Part shown: piece by piece, positions 62,830-64,000 of the stretch
Layout of the letters: every line of letters begins with the position of its first letter
How positions within the stretch are numbered: position 1 is the first letter of the stretch
DNA from: Podarcis gaigeae
Lineage: Eukaryota
DNA length: 64,000 bases
Assembly (NCBI GenBank): GCA_964106915.2
Contig: OZ066922.1
Direction: 5' to 3' (one strand)
Notes under the pieces: generated by a model
Told to the model about the DNA's origin: nothing
Database searches by the model: none
Seen by the model: only the letters and a program-made list of their open reading frames with translations
Program-made: the position numbers and the translations under genes

Positions 62830-63206
62830 ACACCTTTGCCGGAAACTTAAAGTGCCAGATCTCTTTTATCTGATGTCAGAAGATAGAGAACAAAAGGAGA
62901 GCTGCATATGCATAGAATCATAGAATTGTAGAGTTGGAAGGGACCACAAAGGTCATCTAGAACAACCCACTGCTATGCAGCAATATTTTGTCAGTGAATC
63001 CCTGAAATTAAGAATCTCCTGCTCTACCAACTCTACCAATCCATAACTTGAAGTATGCACTTTAAAAGCCAGGAGGATACACAATGGTGTACCTGTTGCT
63101 AAACTGCACCTACTTCAGGGGAATGAAAGTTTGGGTACTCCCCTACGAAAAGTATACTCTATGCCATAACATGGTAGGAGTGTTCCCATGTTACATTCAG
63201 TGAGTA

Positions 63207-63440
63207 CAGTGGTACCTCGGGTTGCAAACACTTTGGGTTACAAACACTTTGGGTTACAGCCTCCGCTAACCCGGAAGTAATACCTTGGGTTAAGAACTTT
63301 ACGTCAGGATGAGAACAGAAATCACGCACCAGCAACAGCAGGAGGCCCCATTAGCTAAAGTGGTACCTCAGGTTAAGAACAGTTTAAGGTTAAGAACGGA
63401 CGTCCAGAACAAATTAAGTTCGTAACCAGAGGTACCACTG
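63207..63440. mobile_element. Tc1/mariner-type MITE (opposite orientation) with a short internal tandem duplication
   Basis: TA-CAGTGGTACCTC...GAGGTACCACTG-TA; CAAACACTTTGGGTTA is repeated twice. Confidence 0.9.
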
Positions 63441-64000
63441 TATATGGTCTGTGCACACAAACAGTTGAACTGTATATGTCAACAGTAATCCACATTGAAT
63501 ATTCAATGAGTGCGCAGTCGATGCGCCTGACAGAGGCCACATTTGCACCATGCATTAAAGCCCTATGATAGCACTTTTAAAAGTCGACCATCCATGGTGT
63601 GTGAGGTGGCAGTCTTGGCATTTTTAATACACTTCTGGAGTTGTATAACATCTATTACTATCCAGGTACTGGAGAGTACATTGACTGAGACAGATGGGCC
63701 CATCATTCTGTCCCACATAGGACAGGTTCCATACCCTGTCACCAGTTCAAACTAAGAGCACATATTCAGTGCTTTCCACTGCTTAAGCAAATACATGAAT
63801 TTACATTTAGAGAAATTAGGCTATCATCTTATGTGAGCTTACTTCTAAGTAAACATGCAAAAACTTGGGCTGCAAGGTCATGTTAGGAATGGGCATGCAT
63901 GCGCAAGCACCTATATGCATTAAAACCTGCTAATAGCGAAAAGGTGGCCGTATTAAAGCCGCAGACAATTTGTCTGAGAACAGATTGATATCTGATGGGC

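Overview
Repeat-rich non-coding vertebrate DNA, most likely from a squamate (lacertid-type) lizard, judged from Sauria SINEs, Squam3-like SINEs, L2/CR1 3' ends and TA-flanked Tc1/mariner MITEs. No host gene is confidently recognisable, and almost all short ORFs in the track are spurious. The dominant feature is an intact, CpG-rich, apparently very young Ngaro-type tyrosine-recombinase (DIRS order) retrotransposon at 18967-26518 (+). It has split direct repeats A1-[gag, RT/RNaseH, YR, SGNH hydrolase]-B1-A2-spacer-B2 and a 3-bp AAA core at both ends and at the internal B1/A2 junction. Four things in it go beyond the standard annotation. (1) RT, YR (which has no usable ATG) and SGNH are each preceded by a 3' splice site in phase 1, matching phase-1 donors in gag. 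This suggests one shared Arg-rich N-terminal exon spliced alternatively onto each enzyme. (2) The B repeat can fold into a ~350-nt multibranch RNA with many perfect stems, and its closing helix differs between B1 and B2. (3) A2-spacer-B2 looks like a self-contained small transcription unit. (4) The GC-rich leader has tandem CTCF-like sites. Two solo LTRs with 5-bp TSDs were also found. All analysis was done by eye, with no searches or folding run.
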